Positions 35,971-47,025 of a stretch of 64,000 nt of DNA are shown here, piece by piece. This DNA comes from Candidatus Omnitrophota bacterium (GTDB taxonomy: Bacteria; Omnitrophota; Gorgyraeia; Zapsychrales; Fredricksoniimonadaceae), in contig JAUSEK010000021.1 of assembly GCA_030650275.1 (NCBI GenBank), positions 20,106 to 84,105 of the forward strand, given 5' to 3'. The position numbers and the translations under genes were made by a program. Numbering within the stretch: the stretch's first letter is position 1; each line of letters opens with the position of its first letter. The notes beneath the pieces were generated by a model. That model made no database searches. It was not told where the DNA came from and saw nothing but the letters and a program-made list of their open reading frames with translations.

Positions 35971-37235
35971 AATAACCTTTTTCTTAAATACTCCAATACT
36001 CCTTCCAACTTCACGTTCTCCTGTGCGCCGCTCGTCATATTTTTAACAGCGATGGCGCCATTTTTCATTTCTTCCTCGCCTAAGATCAACGCGAAACGCG
36101 CGTTCAATTTATTGGCACGGTTCATCTGCGATCCGATCTTGCCTCCACTGTAGCTCATGTCCGCGCTGATGCCGGCATGGCGCAAATCGTTAACGAGCTT
36201 GAATGCCTGTTTCTGCCCCGTCTCATCCATAGTGATCACAAAGGCATCGATGGTGGACGGCACCGGCTGTGTGGCGCCCGATGCCAATAAAATACGATCA
36301 ATGCCCAAGGCAAAACCAATGGCGCTGAAATCTGTTTTGGCATCACCGCCCAGTTCATGCACGAGACCGCCATAGCGGCCGCCGGCGCCGACGGCATCCT
36401 GACTGCCCAGACCATCGGCGGTGATCTCAAAGACCGTGTGCGTATAATAATCCAAACCGCGTACCAAATGCGGCGCAATTTCAAAATCAACACCGACGCT
36501 CTTTAAAGCGTTTTGGACGGATTGGAAATGGTCTTGGCCGGCGTCAGATAACGGCAGTTTTTTGACCACAGAAGCGGCCACTTTACGGCATGCTTCATTC
36601 TTACAGTCCAACACGCGGAACACATTGCGCTCAAAACGATTTTGACATTCTTCGCACAGATCTTTCTTATGTTTTTTCAACTCCCCCCTTAACCAAACAG
36701 AAATGTGTTCTTTGTCTTCTTTTGAACCCAGGGAATTGATCTTAAGTTTTGGGTTCTTGACCCCGAGCGCCTTCAATAAATGCATGGCCAGCGCCAAAAT
36801 TTCCGCATCCAGATGCGGCGAGGCGCTGTTGGGGCCGATGGCCTCCACCCCGATCTGGTGGAACTGGCGCAAGCGGCCTTTTTGCGGACGCTCGCCGCGG
36901 AACATCGGGCCTATGTAAAAAAGTTTTGACAGCGGCTCCTTCTTGTCAAAACTGTTCTCAATATAAGAACGCACCACCGAGGCCGTGCCTTCGGGGCGCA
37001 GCGCGTACCCCTCTTCCTTGCTGGTGGCTAATTCCAAAAGTTGTTTATTGACGATGTCGCTGGCCTGGCCGAGGGAGCGTTTAAAAAGCGCGGTCTCTTC
37101 ATAAATGGGTGTGCGGATCTCGCGGTAACCGTAGGATTTGAGGATCTTGCGGGCTTTGGATTCTACATCTTCCCAGAGAGGAATAACGTCAGGAAGTATA
37201 TCGGAGGTGCCGCGCGGGACAGAAAATTTCTGCAT
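35967..37235 (-). CDS. hisS: Histidine--tRNA ligase
   Basis: LRPEGTA, ERPQKGRLRQFHQ, LVRGLDYY, GGRY. Confidence 0.97.
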   Translation of the reverse strand: MQKFSVPRGTSDILPDVIPLWEDVESKARKILKSYGYREIRTPIYEETALFKRSLGQASDIVNKQLLELATSKEEGYALRPEGTASVVRSYIENSFDKKEPLSKLFYIGPMFRGERPQKGRLRQFHQIGVEAIGPNSASPHLDAEILALAMHLLKALGVKNPKLKINSLGSKEDKEHISVWLRGELKKHKKDLCEECQNRFERNVFRVLDCKNEACRKVAASVVKKLPLSDAGQDHFQSVQNALKSVGVDFEIAPHLVRGLDYYTHTVFEITADGLGSQDAVGAGGRYGGLVHELGGDAKTDFSAIGFALGIDRILLASGATQPVPSTIDAFVITMDETGQKQAFKLVNDLRHAGISADMSYSGGKIGSQMNRANKLNARFALILGEEEMKNGAIAVKNMTSGAQENVKLEGVLEYLRKRLL

Positions 37236-37239
37236 GCTA

Positions 37240-37512
37240 TTACTTTACTTTTTGCTTCATTTCAAGACCGGACTTGAACACCACGACCTTACGGGGAGGA
37301 ACAGGCACGCTTTGCCCCGTGCGGGGATTGCGGCCGAAACGGGCCTTGCGCTCCTTGATCTTGAACACGCCGAAATTGCGCAGTTCCACTTTTTCGCCGC
37401 GCATAAGCGAATCAACGATGACGTCAAAGGTCTTTTGCACGATCCTTTTGACATCCACCTGCTTGATGCCGGTGGCGTCCGTAATTCTCAAAACAATATC
37501 TTTTTTGGTCAT
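37240..37512 (-). CDS. HU/IHF family DNA-binding protein
   Basis: VELRNFGVF, GRNPRTG. Confidence 0.95.
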   Translation of the reverse strand: MTKKDIVLRITDATGIKQVDVKRIVQKTFDVIVDSLMRGEKVELRNFGVFKIKERKARFGRNPRTGQSVPVPPRKVVVFKSGLEMKQKVK

Positions 37513-37580
37513 TGACCCTCTCCTTGGATTACGTAGAAATTTAACGCAAACATAGTATCAACAAGGACTTACGGTGTCAA

Positions 37581-40500
37581 CTAAATTGTTACGGTAAAGC
37601 GGTCGTCGCCCACCAGGGTCTTGATCTCCTCCATCAAGACCTCGCTGGGGGTGACATGGAGGTCTTTTCCCACCAGGATCTGGACACTTTTATAATTTTT
37701 GGTGTCGATCTGCAGGTACACCGGGGTCTTGCCGGGAAAACGCGCCAATTTTTCTTTCAATTTGTCAAAACCGGCCTTGCCCACCTTGGAGAGGTCCACA
37801 TGGATGCTCTTGATCAGATCATAGACCTCATCGATGCCGGCCATCTCATTGGCCACCATCTTGACCAAACCGTCGCGGAAATTCACCTTGCCCTTGACCA
37901 CAACCACCGATCCCTCTCTGAGATACGGCACCATTTGGGTATAACTTGACGGAAAAACCACCAGCTCCATTTCCCCGTCCATGTCCTCCAAACCGACAAT
38001 GGCCATGCGCTCGTTGGTTTTCTTGGTCGTGGTCAATTTGACGCTTTTGATGAGCCCGATCATGCGCACATCCTGCCCGTCGCGGGCGTTTTTCAAAGAC
38101 CCTGTCGTGAAATCCGCGAACTCACCGATCTCGGCCTTGTACCTTTGCAGGGGATGGCCGCTTAAATAAAAACCCAGCAGCGTTTTTTCATTGGCCAGCA
38201 CCTGGGCCTGGGGCCATTCGGGAATATCGGGTATCTGTTCATCCCGTTTGCCGAAACCGCCGTCCTGGCCTTTGATATCGAAAAACGAGACCTGGCCCAC
38301 ATCCGCCTCCTGCTGGGCCCTCGTGCCGGACTCCAGGGCCCGCTCCAGCACGGCGAATAATTGCGCGCGCCGGCATCCAAAGCAATCCATGCTCCCCGAC
38401 TTGACCAAGCTTTCCACCACCTTGCGGTTGTTCAGCCGCAGATCCACCCGGCGGCAAAAATCAAAAATGGAAACGAACGGTCCGTCTTTCTTGCGCGCAT
38501 GGACCATGGACTCAATGGCACCACCCCCGATATTCTTGACCGCCAAAAGCCCGTAACGGATGGCTTTGTCATTCACGACGGAAAAACGGGCCTCGCTATG
38601 ATTAACGTCGGGCGGCAGGATGCTCAAGCCCATGGCCTGCGTTTCCTTGACGTACTCAACGACCTTGTCCGTGTTGTCGCGCTCGCTGGTCAAAAGCGCG
38701 GCCATGAACTCAACGGGATAATTGGCCTTCAAATACGCCGTGCGGTACGTGATCAACGCGTAGGCCGCGGAATGGCTGCGGTTAAACCCGTAGCCGGAAA
38801 AATAATCAATGAGGTCAAAAAGCCGGTTCGCCTCGTGTTCAGGAATGCCGCTGTTGGCCTTGCATCCCTCGACGAAGAATGAACGCATTTTTTCCATCTC
38901 CGCCGGTATTTTCTTGCCCATGGCCTTGCGCAGATCATCGGCCTGGGCCATGCTGAAGCCGGCCAGAACAGAAGCGATCTGCATGACCTGCTCCTGATAA
39001 ACAATGATGCCGTACGTGGTCTTGAGCAACTCCTGCAGTTTGGGATGGGGATATTTCACCTTCTGGGGATCGCGTTTGCGCTCAATGAAATCATCCAGCA
39101 TGCCTGACCCCATGGGGCCCGGACGGTAAAGCGCCAGGATCGCGATGAGGTCCTCAAATTCCGAGGGCTTCATTTTCTTGAGAAGGTCGCGCATCCCCCC
39201 GCTTTCCAGCTGGAAGATTCCGAAACTGTTGGCCTGGCCCAACATGTCATAGGTTTTGGCATCGTCGAGCGGTAAGGCATCGATATCAATATCCTTGCCC
39301 TTATGTTCCTTGATGAGTTTAACGGCGTCCGCGATGACGGTCAGCGTCCTTAAGCCCAGAAAATCTATTTTCAAAAGCCCCATCTTGGAAATGCCGTCCA
39401 TGTCAAAACCGGTGGTCACCTGGCCGTCCGTGCTCCTGAACATCGGCACATGTTCAGCCAGCGGCCTGTCAGCGATGACCACCCCCGCGGCATGGATGGA
39501 CGCGTGACGATTCAGACCCTCCAGGACCTGGGCCGTGGCCACAAGGTCGCGGGTGGTCTTGTCGGTCGCCACCAGTTCCTTCAACTGCGGTTCAATGTCC
39601 AGCGCCTCATCAATGGTGATGCCGATATTATTGGGGATGAGTTTGGCGATGCGGTCCACGTCGGCGTAACTGACGGCCATGGCCCGGCCCACGTCGCGCA
39701 CCGCGGCCTTTGCCTGCATGGACCCGAAGGTGATGATCTGCGCCACATTGTCGCGGCCGTATTTCTGCGTCACGTAATCAATGACCTCATTGCGCCGCTC
39801 ATAACAAAAATCAATGTCAATGTCCGGCATGCTTTTGCGGCCCGGGTTGAGGAAACGTTCAAAAAGAAGCCCGTATTTGATGGGGTCCAGGTCCGTGATC
39901 CCCAAAAGATAGCTGACCAGACTGCCGGCGGCTGACCCGCGGCCGGGTCCGACCGGGATCCCTTTGCTTTTGGCATAATGGATAAAATCCCAAACGACTA
40001 AAAAATAACTGACGAACCCCATGTCCTCAACGGCCTTCAGTTCAAATTCCAGGCGCGCCGAAAGTTCGCCGGAAACCCTGGCTGTCCCGTAACGGCGCAG
40101 GAGCCCCGCGGCACACAGTTCGCGCAGGTACCCTTCCTTGGTTTTTCCGACGGGGGTCTCGTAACGCGGCAAATGATACTGGTCAAAATCCAGTTTCAGG
40201 TCGACCTTTTCGGCGATGGCCAGGGTATTTTTGACGGCATCGGGCACGGCGGCGAACTGGAGCTCCATGTCATCGGCGGATTTAAAATAAAACTGGTCAC
40301 TGCCGAATTTCATGCGCCGGGGGTCATCCAGCGTTGTCTGCGTTTGTATGCACAACAACGCCTCATGCGCGTGACTTTGGTCATGCTCCAGATAATGCAC
40401 GTCATTGGTCGCGACCAGCGGCAGACCCAGCCGGGCCGCGATCTTGATCAGCCCCTCATTGACTTTTTTCTGCTCGAGGAGACCGTGGTCCATCAATTCA

Positions 40501-41018
40501 ATGTAAAAATTGCCCTGGCCGAAGATCTGGTTCAAATCGTCAGCGGCTTTCACAGCGGCGTCATAGTTGCCCTTAAGCAAATGACCGGGCACTTCCCCTC
40601 TCAAACAGGCGGACGTGGCGATGAGGCCTTTGGCGTATTGGGACAAAAGGTCGTGGTCTAAACGGGGGCGATAATAAAAACCTTCCAGGTATCCGGCGGA
40701 GACGAGTTTGACGAGGTTGGCGTAGCCCTGGGCGTCTTTGACCAAAAGGACGAGGTGGGACAGGTTTCTCTGGTCGGGATTCTTGTCAAAACGACTATGG
40801 GGGGCGACATAGGCCTCACAGCCGATGATGGGCTTGATCCCGGCTTTTTTGGCGGCCTGGTAGAAATGCACGGCACCGAACATATTGCCGTGGTCGGTCA
40901 TGCCCAAGGCCGGCATCCCTAAGCGGACTGCCTTTTGGACCAATTCATCAACGCGGCAGGCACCGTCGAGCAAACTGTATTGGGTGTGGACGTGGAGATG
41001 AACGAATTGGGATGACAT
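37581..41018 (-). CDS. dnaE: DNA polymerase III alpha subunit
   Basis: HLHVHTQYSLLDG PHP domain, GPGRGSAAGS, MPDIDIDF. Confidence 0.98.
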   Translation of the reverse strand: MSSQFVHLHVHTQYSLLDGACRVDELVQKAVRLGMPALGMTDHGNMFGAVHFYQAAKKAGIKPIIGCEAYVAPHSRFDKNPDQRNLSHLVLLVKDAQGYANLVKLVSAGYLEGFYYRPRLDHDLLSQYAKGLIATSACLRGEVPGHLLKGNYDAAVKAADDLNQIFGQGNFYIELMDHGLLEQKKVNEGLIKIAARLGLPLVATNDVHYLEHDQSHAHEALLCIQTQTTLDDPRRMKFGSDQFYFKSADDMELQFAAVPDAVKNTLAIAEKVDLKLDFDQYHLPRYETPVGKTKEGYLRELCAAGLLRRYGTARVSGELSARLEFELKAVEDMGFVSYFLVVWDFIHYAKSKGIPVGPGRGSAAGSLVSYLLGITDLDPIKYGLLFERFLNPGRKSMPDIDIDFCYERRNEVIDYVTQKYGRDNVAQIITFGSMQAKAAVRDVGRAMAVSYADVDRIAKLIPNNIGITIDEALDIEPQLKELVATDKTTRDLVATAQVLEGLNRHASIHAAGVVIADRPLAEHVPMFRSTDGQVTTGFDMDGISKMGLLKIDFLGLRTLTVIADAVKLIKEHKGKDIDIDALPLDDAKTYDMLGQANSFGIFQLESGGMRDLLKKMKPSEFEDLIAILALYRPGPMGSGMLDDFIERKRDPQKVKYPHPKLQELLKTTYGIIVYQEQVMQIASVLAGFSMAQADDLRKAMGKKIPAEMEKMRSFFVEGCKANSGIPEHEANRLFDLIDYFSGYGFNRSHSAAYALITYRTAYLKANYPVEFMAALLTSERDNTDKVVEYVKETQAMGLSILPPDVNHSEARFSVVNDKAIRYGLLAVKNIGGGAIESMVHARKKDGPFVSIFDFCRRVDLRLNNRKVVESLVKSGSMDCFGCRRAQLFAVLERALESGTRAQQEADVGQVSFFDIKGQDGGFGKRDEQIPDIPEWPQAQVLANEKTLLGFYLSGHPLQRYKAEIGEFADFTTGSLKNARDGQDVRMIGLIKSVKLTTTKKTNERMAIVGLEDMDGEMELVVFPSSYTQMVPYLREGSVVVVKGKVNFRDGLVKMVANEMAGIDEVYDLIKSIHVDLSKVGKAGFDKLKEKLARFPGKTPVYLQIDTKNYKSVQILVGKDLHVTPSEVLMEEIKTLVGDDRFTVTI

Positions 41019-41021
41019 ACT

Positions 41022-41093
41022 GAATTATAGGGACACAATACTTAATTCAACAATAGATAATAACAGGAATTAAGTTTTGTGTCCCCATAATTC
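41022..41093. repeat. REP/MITE-like inverted repeat, copy 2
   Basis: GAATTATAGGGACACAATACTTAATTC-N18-GAATTAAGTTTTGTGTCCCCATAATTC; fills the guaA-dnaE spacer. Confidence 0.88.
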
Positions 41094-42839
41094 TTATTCC
41101 CATTCAATGGTCGCGGGTGGTTTGGAGCTGATGTCATACACGACGCGGTTAACGCCCTTGACTTCATTGATGATGCGGTTGGAAATTTTTCCCAGGATAT
41201 CGTGGGGCAAATGCGCCCAATCCGCGGTCATGCCGTCCTGGCTCGTGACGCAGCGCAGGGCAATGACATTCTCGTAGGTGCGCGCATCCCCCATGACCCC
41301 CACGGTCTTGATGGGCAAAAGCACGGCAAAGGACTGCCACAGGTCGTGGTAAAGGTTGGCTTTCTTGATCTCGTCCATGACCCGCTCATCCGCCTCTCTT
41401 AAGATCTCCAAGCGCTCCTTGGTGACCTCGCCGATAACACGGATGGCGAGACCCGGCCCGGGGAACGGCTGGCGTTTGAGAATGGAATCAGGCATGTTGA
41501 GGCTCTTGCCGATGAGACGCACTTCATCCTTGAACAATTCACGCAAGGGCTCGACGAGTTTGAACTTCATGTCCTTGGGCAGACCGCCGACATTGTGATG
41601 GCTCTTGATGACCGCGGAAGGCCCGCCGGTGGCGGACACGGACTCAATGACATCCGGATAAAGCGTGCCCTGGCCCAGAAATTCCGCGCCCTTGATCTTT
41701 TTGGCCGCGTCCTGGAAAACACGCACGAATTCGTCGCCGATGGTCTTGCGCTTGGCTTCCGGGTCTTCAACGCCTTTGAGGCGCTCAAGAAACCTCTTTT
41801 CCGCGTCGATCACGGTCAGGTTCATCTTGAAATGGCCCTTGAACGTGCGCTGGACAGAAGCCGATTCATTTTTGCGCAAAAGCCCGTTGTCCACAAAAAT
41901 ACAATAAAGTTTTGTGCCGATGGCTTTCTGGAGCAAAACAGCGGCGACGGACGAATCCACCCCGCCGCTCAAGCCCAGGACCACCCTCTTATTGCCGACG
42001 AGCTCCTTGATCTGTTTGACCGAGACGTCAATGAACCGGTCCATGGTCCAGCGGGGCAGGCATCCGCAAATGGTATAGGCAAAATTCTGCAGGACCTGGA
42101 TGCCGCGCTGGGTGTGCACGACTTCCGGGTGGAACTGGACGCCGAAGATCTTCCTCGTCCGGTTGCCGATGGCCGCGTTGGCGGAATTCAACGTATGCGC
42201 GATGCGGACAAAACCCGGAGGAGGCGCCGCGATCTCATCGCCATGGCTCATCCAGCACGTCAAATTCGTGGAAAGGTTCCCGAACAGGTCCTTGTTGCTG
42301 TCAATGAACAATTCGGCCCGGCCGTATTCGCGGCCCTTGGCTTTGGCGACCTTACCTCCCAGGACATGCGTGATGACCTGCATGCCGTAACAAACACCCA
42401 GGATGGGAATACCGAGTTTAAAGATATCTTTGTTGGGCAGCGGAGCTTTGGCGTCGTAAACGCTTTGCGGCCCGCCGGAGAGGATGATCCCTTTGGGGGC
42501 GATCTCTTTGATCTTATCGGGGGAAATGTCATACGGAACGATCTGGCTGAAAACCTTGCTTTCGCGCACGCGCCGGGCGATCAACTGGGTGTATTGGGAC
42601 CCGAAATCAAAAATGAGGAGGATGTCGCGGCTTTTCTGCTTTCTCACCTCCATCGGTATGATCTTCGCCGAGGAGCGCAATTTGATGGGCTTCATGAGCC
42701 CATGCACCGCTTTCTTTTTGACGACCTTCCTCTGAACAACCCTTCTAATCTTCTTGTGTATGATCTTCTTATGCACAATTTTCTTGTGCACAGTTTTCTT
42801 GTGCGCAGGTTTCTTATGAACGGCCTTTTTCTTAATCAT
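41094..42839 (-). CDS. guaA: GMP synthase with Lys/His-rich N-terminal extension
   Basis: [36 protein letters not shown]. Confidence 0.97.
   Translation of the reverse strand: MIKKKAVHKKPAHKKTVHKKIVHKKIIHKKIRRVVQRKVVKKKAVHGLMKPIKLRSSAKIIPMEVRKQKSRDILLIFDFGSQYTQLIARRVRESKVFSQIVPYDISPDKIKEIAPKGIILSGGPQSVYDAKAPLPNKDIFKLGIPILGVCYGMQVITHVLGGKVAKAKGREYGRAELFIDSNKDLFGNLSTNLTCWMSHGDEIAAPPPGFVRIAHTLNSANAAIGNRTRKIFGVQFHPEVVHTQRGIQVLQNFAYTICGCLPRWTMDRFIDVSVKQIKELVGNKRVVLGLSGGVDSSVAAVLLQKAIGTKLYCIFVDNGLLRKNESASVQRTFKGHFKMNLTVIDAEKRFLERLKGVEDPEAKRKTIGDEFVRVFQDAAKKIKGAEFLGQGTLYPDVIESVSATGGPSAVIKSHHNVGGLPKDMKFKLVEPLRELFKDEVRLIGKSLNMPDSILKRQPFPGPGLAIRVIGEVTKERLEILREADERVMDEIKKANLYHDLWQSFAVLLPIKTVGVMGDARTYENVIALRCVTSQDGMTADWAHLPHDILGKISNRIINEVKGVNRVVYDISSKPPATIEWE
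42751..42825 (-). repeat. Five degenerate 15-bp tandem repeats encoding xxHKK
   Basis: Plus-strand TTCTTRTG units at 42751, 42766, 42781, 42796 and 42811. Confidence 0.85.
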
Positions 42840-44005
42840 TTGCCCATCCCTACACGTTGTCCAACCTGGAATACCTTGCCTTCGGTCTGTATGGACCCGG
42901 CGATGATGATCTCGACGTCGTGCATCTCTTTGATACTGGAAGCGCCCAATGACCCCATGGAGGTCTTCAAAGCGCCCAAAAGGTTTTGCGAACCGTCGTC
43001 CACGCGCGCGGGGCCCACGAGAATTTCTTTAAGCGAACCGCTGGTGCCGACCTTGATGCGCGTGCCGCGCGGCAGATTGGCGTGGGAGGTGGCCATGCCC
43101 CAATGATAACCCCTGCCCGGCGCTTCTTCGGCTTTGGCGAACGCGGAGCCGACCATGACCGCATCCGACCCGGCCGCGAAGGCCTTGCAGATCTCCCCTC
43201 CGATGCGCATACCGCCGTCGGTGATGATGGGGACGTATTTGCCTTTGCGCTTGAAATAATAATCGCGCGCCGCCGCGGTGTCCACGGTGGTCGTGATCTG
43301 CGGAACGCCGATCCCCAAAACCCCGCGGGTCGTGCACGCCGCGCCCGGGCCGATGCCGACCAAAAGCCCGTCGGCGCCGATCTCCATCAGTTCCAGGGCC
43401 ATCTCATAGGTGACGCAATTGCCGATGATGACCGGGATCTTGGATCCCTTACAAAATTGCTCAATATCTAAGACCTTGTATTCCGTGGAAATGTGACGCA
43501 CCGTGGCCACGGTGCTTTGCATGACGAAAATGTCCGCCCCGGCCTCGATGGCGATCTTCGCAAAACGTTCGGCGTTCTGCGGAATGCAGCTGACCACCGC
43601 CGGAACTTTATGTTTTTTGATCTCCGCGACGCGTTTGGCGATCAGCGTGTCCTGAACAGGATTGGCCTTGGCCTCATAAATGGTCTGCACCAGCTTGGTG
43701 GCTTCGTCCGGTGTAGCTTTGGCGATCTGGTCTAAAACCTCTTTCGGATTTTCATAACGGGTCTGGATGCCGTCTAAGTTCAGGACAGCGATGCCGCCCA
43801 ATTGACCCATGGCCACCGCGAATTTGACATCCACCACCCCGTCCATGGCCGCGGCCAGGATAGGGACCTGGAATTTATGCTTGCCGATGACCCAGCTGGT
43901 GTCCACCTCATTGGGGTTGACCGTCACCGATCCGGGAGCCAGGGCCACTTCGTCAAAGCCATAACACCTGCGCGCCCTGCGCCCAATGCCGATCCAATCA
44001 GCCAT
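42836..44005 (-). CDS. guaB3: GuaB3-family IMP dehydrogenase
   Basis: [33 protein letters not shown]; no CBS domains. Confidence 0.9.
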   Translation of the reverse strand: MADWIGIGRRARRCYGFDEVALAPGSVTVNPNEVDTSWVIGKHKFQVPILAAAMDGVVDVKFAVAMGQLGGIAVLNLDGIQTRYENPKEVLDQIAKATPDEATKLVQTIYEAKANPVQDTLIAKRVAEIKKHKVPAVVSCIPQNAERFAKIAIEAGADIFVMQSTVATVRHISTEYKVLDIEQFCKGSKIPVIIGNCVTYEMALELMEIGADGLLVGIGPGAACTTRGVLGIGVPQITTTVDTAAARDYYFKRKGKYVPIITDGGMRIGGEICKAFAAGSDAVMVGSAFAKAEEAPGRGYHWGMATSHANLPRGTRIKVGTSGSLKEILVGPARVDDGSQNLLGALKTSMGSLGASSIKEMHDVEIIIAGSIQTEGKVFQVGQRVGMGK

Positions 44006-44085
44006 TGTGCAACCTCCGTATTTTCAATGGGATACAGACAAACAGAAAAAAATTAAACGTTCTTTTGAAAGGTTTTTAAGGGCTG

Positions 44086-44114
44086 ATTATATAGATAAAG
44101 GGATAAAAAGTCAA
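44086..44114 (-). promoter_or_regulatory. sigma70 promoter of guaB3-guaA
   Basis: TTGACT-N17-TATAAT. Confidence 0.75.
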
Positions 44115-44119
44115 CGAAT

Positions 44120-44155
44120 AAAAAAGGGGACACCATAAAGTGTCCCCTTTTTATT
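44120..44155 (-). terminator. Intrinsic (bidirectional) terminator after groEL
   Basis: AAAAAAGGGGACAC-CATAAA-GTGTCCCCTTTTT. Confidence 0.85.
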
Positions 44156-44181
44156 ATTAAAACTTATCTGATCACTTTCTT

Positions 44182-45846
<1,665 letters not shown>

Positions 45847-45853
45847 TTAGAAT

Positions 45854-46144
45854 TTATTTTACGATCGCAAAAATATCTTCTTCCTTCATGATCAACAATT
45901 CTTCGCCGTCCTTGGTCGTGATCTCGGTGCCGCTGTATTTGCCATACAAAACGCGGTCGCCCACCTTGACTTCCGGCTTGCGGACTTCTCCGCTGTCTAA
46001 AATTTTGCCTTTGCCCACCGCAACGATTTTGCCTTCCTGGGGTTTTTCCTTGGCCGTATCCGGCAGGACAATGCCGCCCTTGGTGACTTCCTGGGCTTCC
46101 AAGGCCTTGACCACAATACGGTCTGCTAACGGTTGAATCGCCAT
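45854..46144 (-). CDS. groS: Co-chaperonin GroES
   Basis: [22 protein letters not shown]. Confidence 0.99.
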   Translation of the reverse strand: MAIQPLADRIVVKALEAQEVTKGGIVLPDTAKEKPQEGKIVAVGKGKILDSGEVRKPEVKVGDRVLYGKYSGTEITTKDGEELLIMKEEDIFAIVK

Positions 46145-46182
46145 AAACTCCTCCTTAATTAGTTAATTCAGAAATTTTCTGC

Positions 46183-46209
46183 TTAGCACTAATTATCGCA
46201 GAGTGCTAA
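46183..46209. promoter_or_regulatory. CIRCE operator (HrcA site) overlapping the groES promoter
   Basis: TTAGCACTA-N9-GAGTGCTAA (one mismatch to consensus); minus-strand TTGACA at 46230-46235. Confidence 0.9.
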
Positions 46210-46242
46210 TATACCTAAATCAAAAATTTTGTCAAGAAATTT

Positions 46243-47025
46243 TTAAGGCGAGACCAACAAAGCCATCCCTTTGAAGACCAAATTCTCATCGATAATGCGG
46301 ATCTTTGGGGAGACAAATTTTTTCATGAGACGGGTGTGGCCGCCGGTCATGACCACATGAGGGCGAGGCGACCTCGCCCCTACACGCCGGCTCAACAGAT
46401 CAACCATCCCCTGGCACAAAGCGCCATAACCGTAAAAAAGGCCGCTCAAGATGCTTTCTTCGGTGGTTTTCCCTATAATGTTCCCGGGCGCCTTAAGGAC
46501 GATTTTAGGCAAAAGCGCGGTCTTTAAGAACAAAGATTCAGCCGATAAACGCAGGCCCGGCACAATGGCCCCTCCCAAATACTCTCCCCTGGCTGAAACC
46601 ACGTCAAAGGTAATGGCTGTCCCCAGATCAATGACGATCAGCGGCTTACCATATAAACGTAAAGCCGCGTAAGCGCCGACCAAACGGTCCTGGCCTACCT
46701 GTTTGGGATTTTTATACCGGTTTTTAATGGGAACGATCACGTCACGTCCCACCACTTCTGGTTCAAAACCCATTGATTTGACTATAGTTCGCTCCACAAC
46801 TGTCAATATTTTCGGAACAACGCTGCAGAGGATCCCCTTGTTGAGAATATAGCCCTTTTTACGGAAAATCGCCAAGGCCTTGTTTAAACGCAAAACCAAA
46901 ACCCTTGGGTTCCCGCCTGACGGCGGGGTGTCCATGCGTTGGACTGTCTTGACCTTCCCTTTGTGGACTGCGGCCAAAGCAATGGTCGTATTGCCGATAT
47001 CAATGGCTAAAAGCATTTTTGTCAT
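46243..47025 (-). CDS. coaX: Type III pantothenate kinase
   Basis: LAIDIGNT, VGQDR, IDLGTAIT, TGG; SD AAGGAG. Confidence 0.93.
   Translation of the reverse strand: MTKMLLAIDIGNTTIALAAVHKGKVKTVQRMDTPPSGGNPRVLVLRLNKALAIFRKKGYILNKGILCSVVPKILTVVERTIVKSMGFEPEVVGRDVIVPIKNRYKNPKQVGQDRLVGAYAALRLYGKPLIVIDLGTAITFDVVSARGEYLGGAIVPGLRLSAESLFLKTALLPKIVLKAPGNIIGKTTEESILSGLFYGYGALCQGMVDLLSRRVGARSPRPHVVMTGGHTRLMKKFVSPKIRIIDENLVFKGMALLVSP
46360..46383 (-). repeat. GTAG-type REP palindrome inside coaX
   Basis: GTAGGGGCGAGGTCGCCTCGCCCT, encoding VGARSPRP. Confidence 0.65.

Noticed and set aside
42751-42825. Periodic repeats as a possible CRISPR array
   Set aside because: 15-bp coding tandem repeats without spacers; no cas genes or CRISPR array found in the window
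41595-43106. 503-aa plus-strand ORF
   Set aside because: Antisense shadow of guaA/guaB3 with no recognisable motifs
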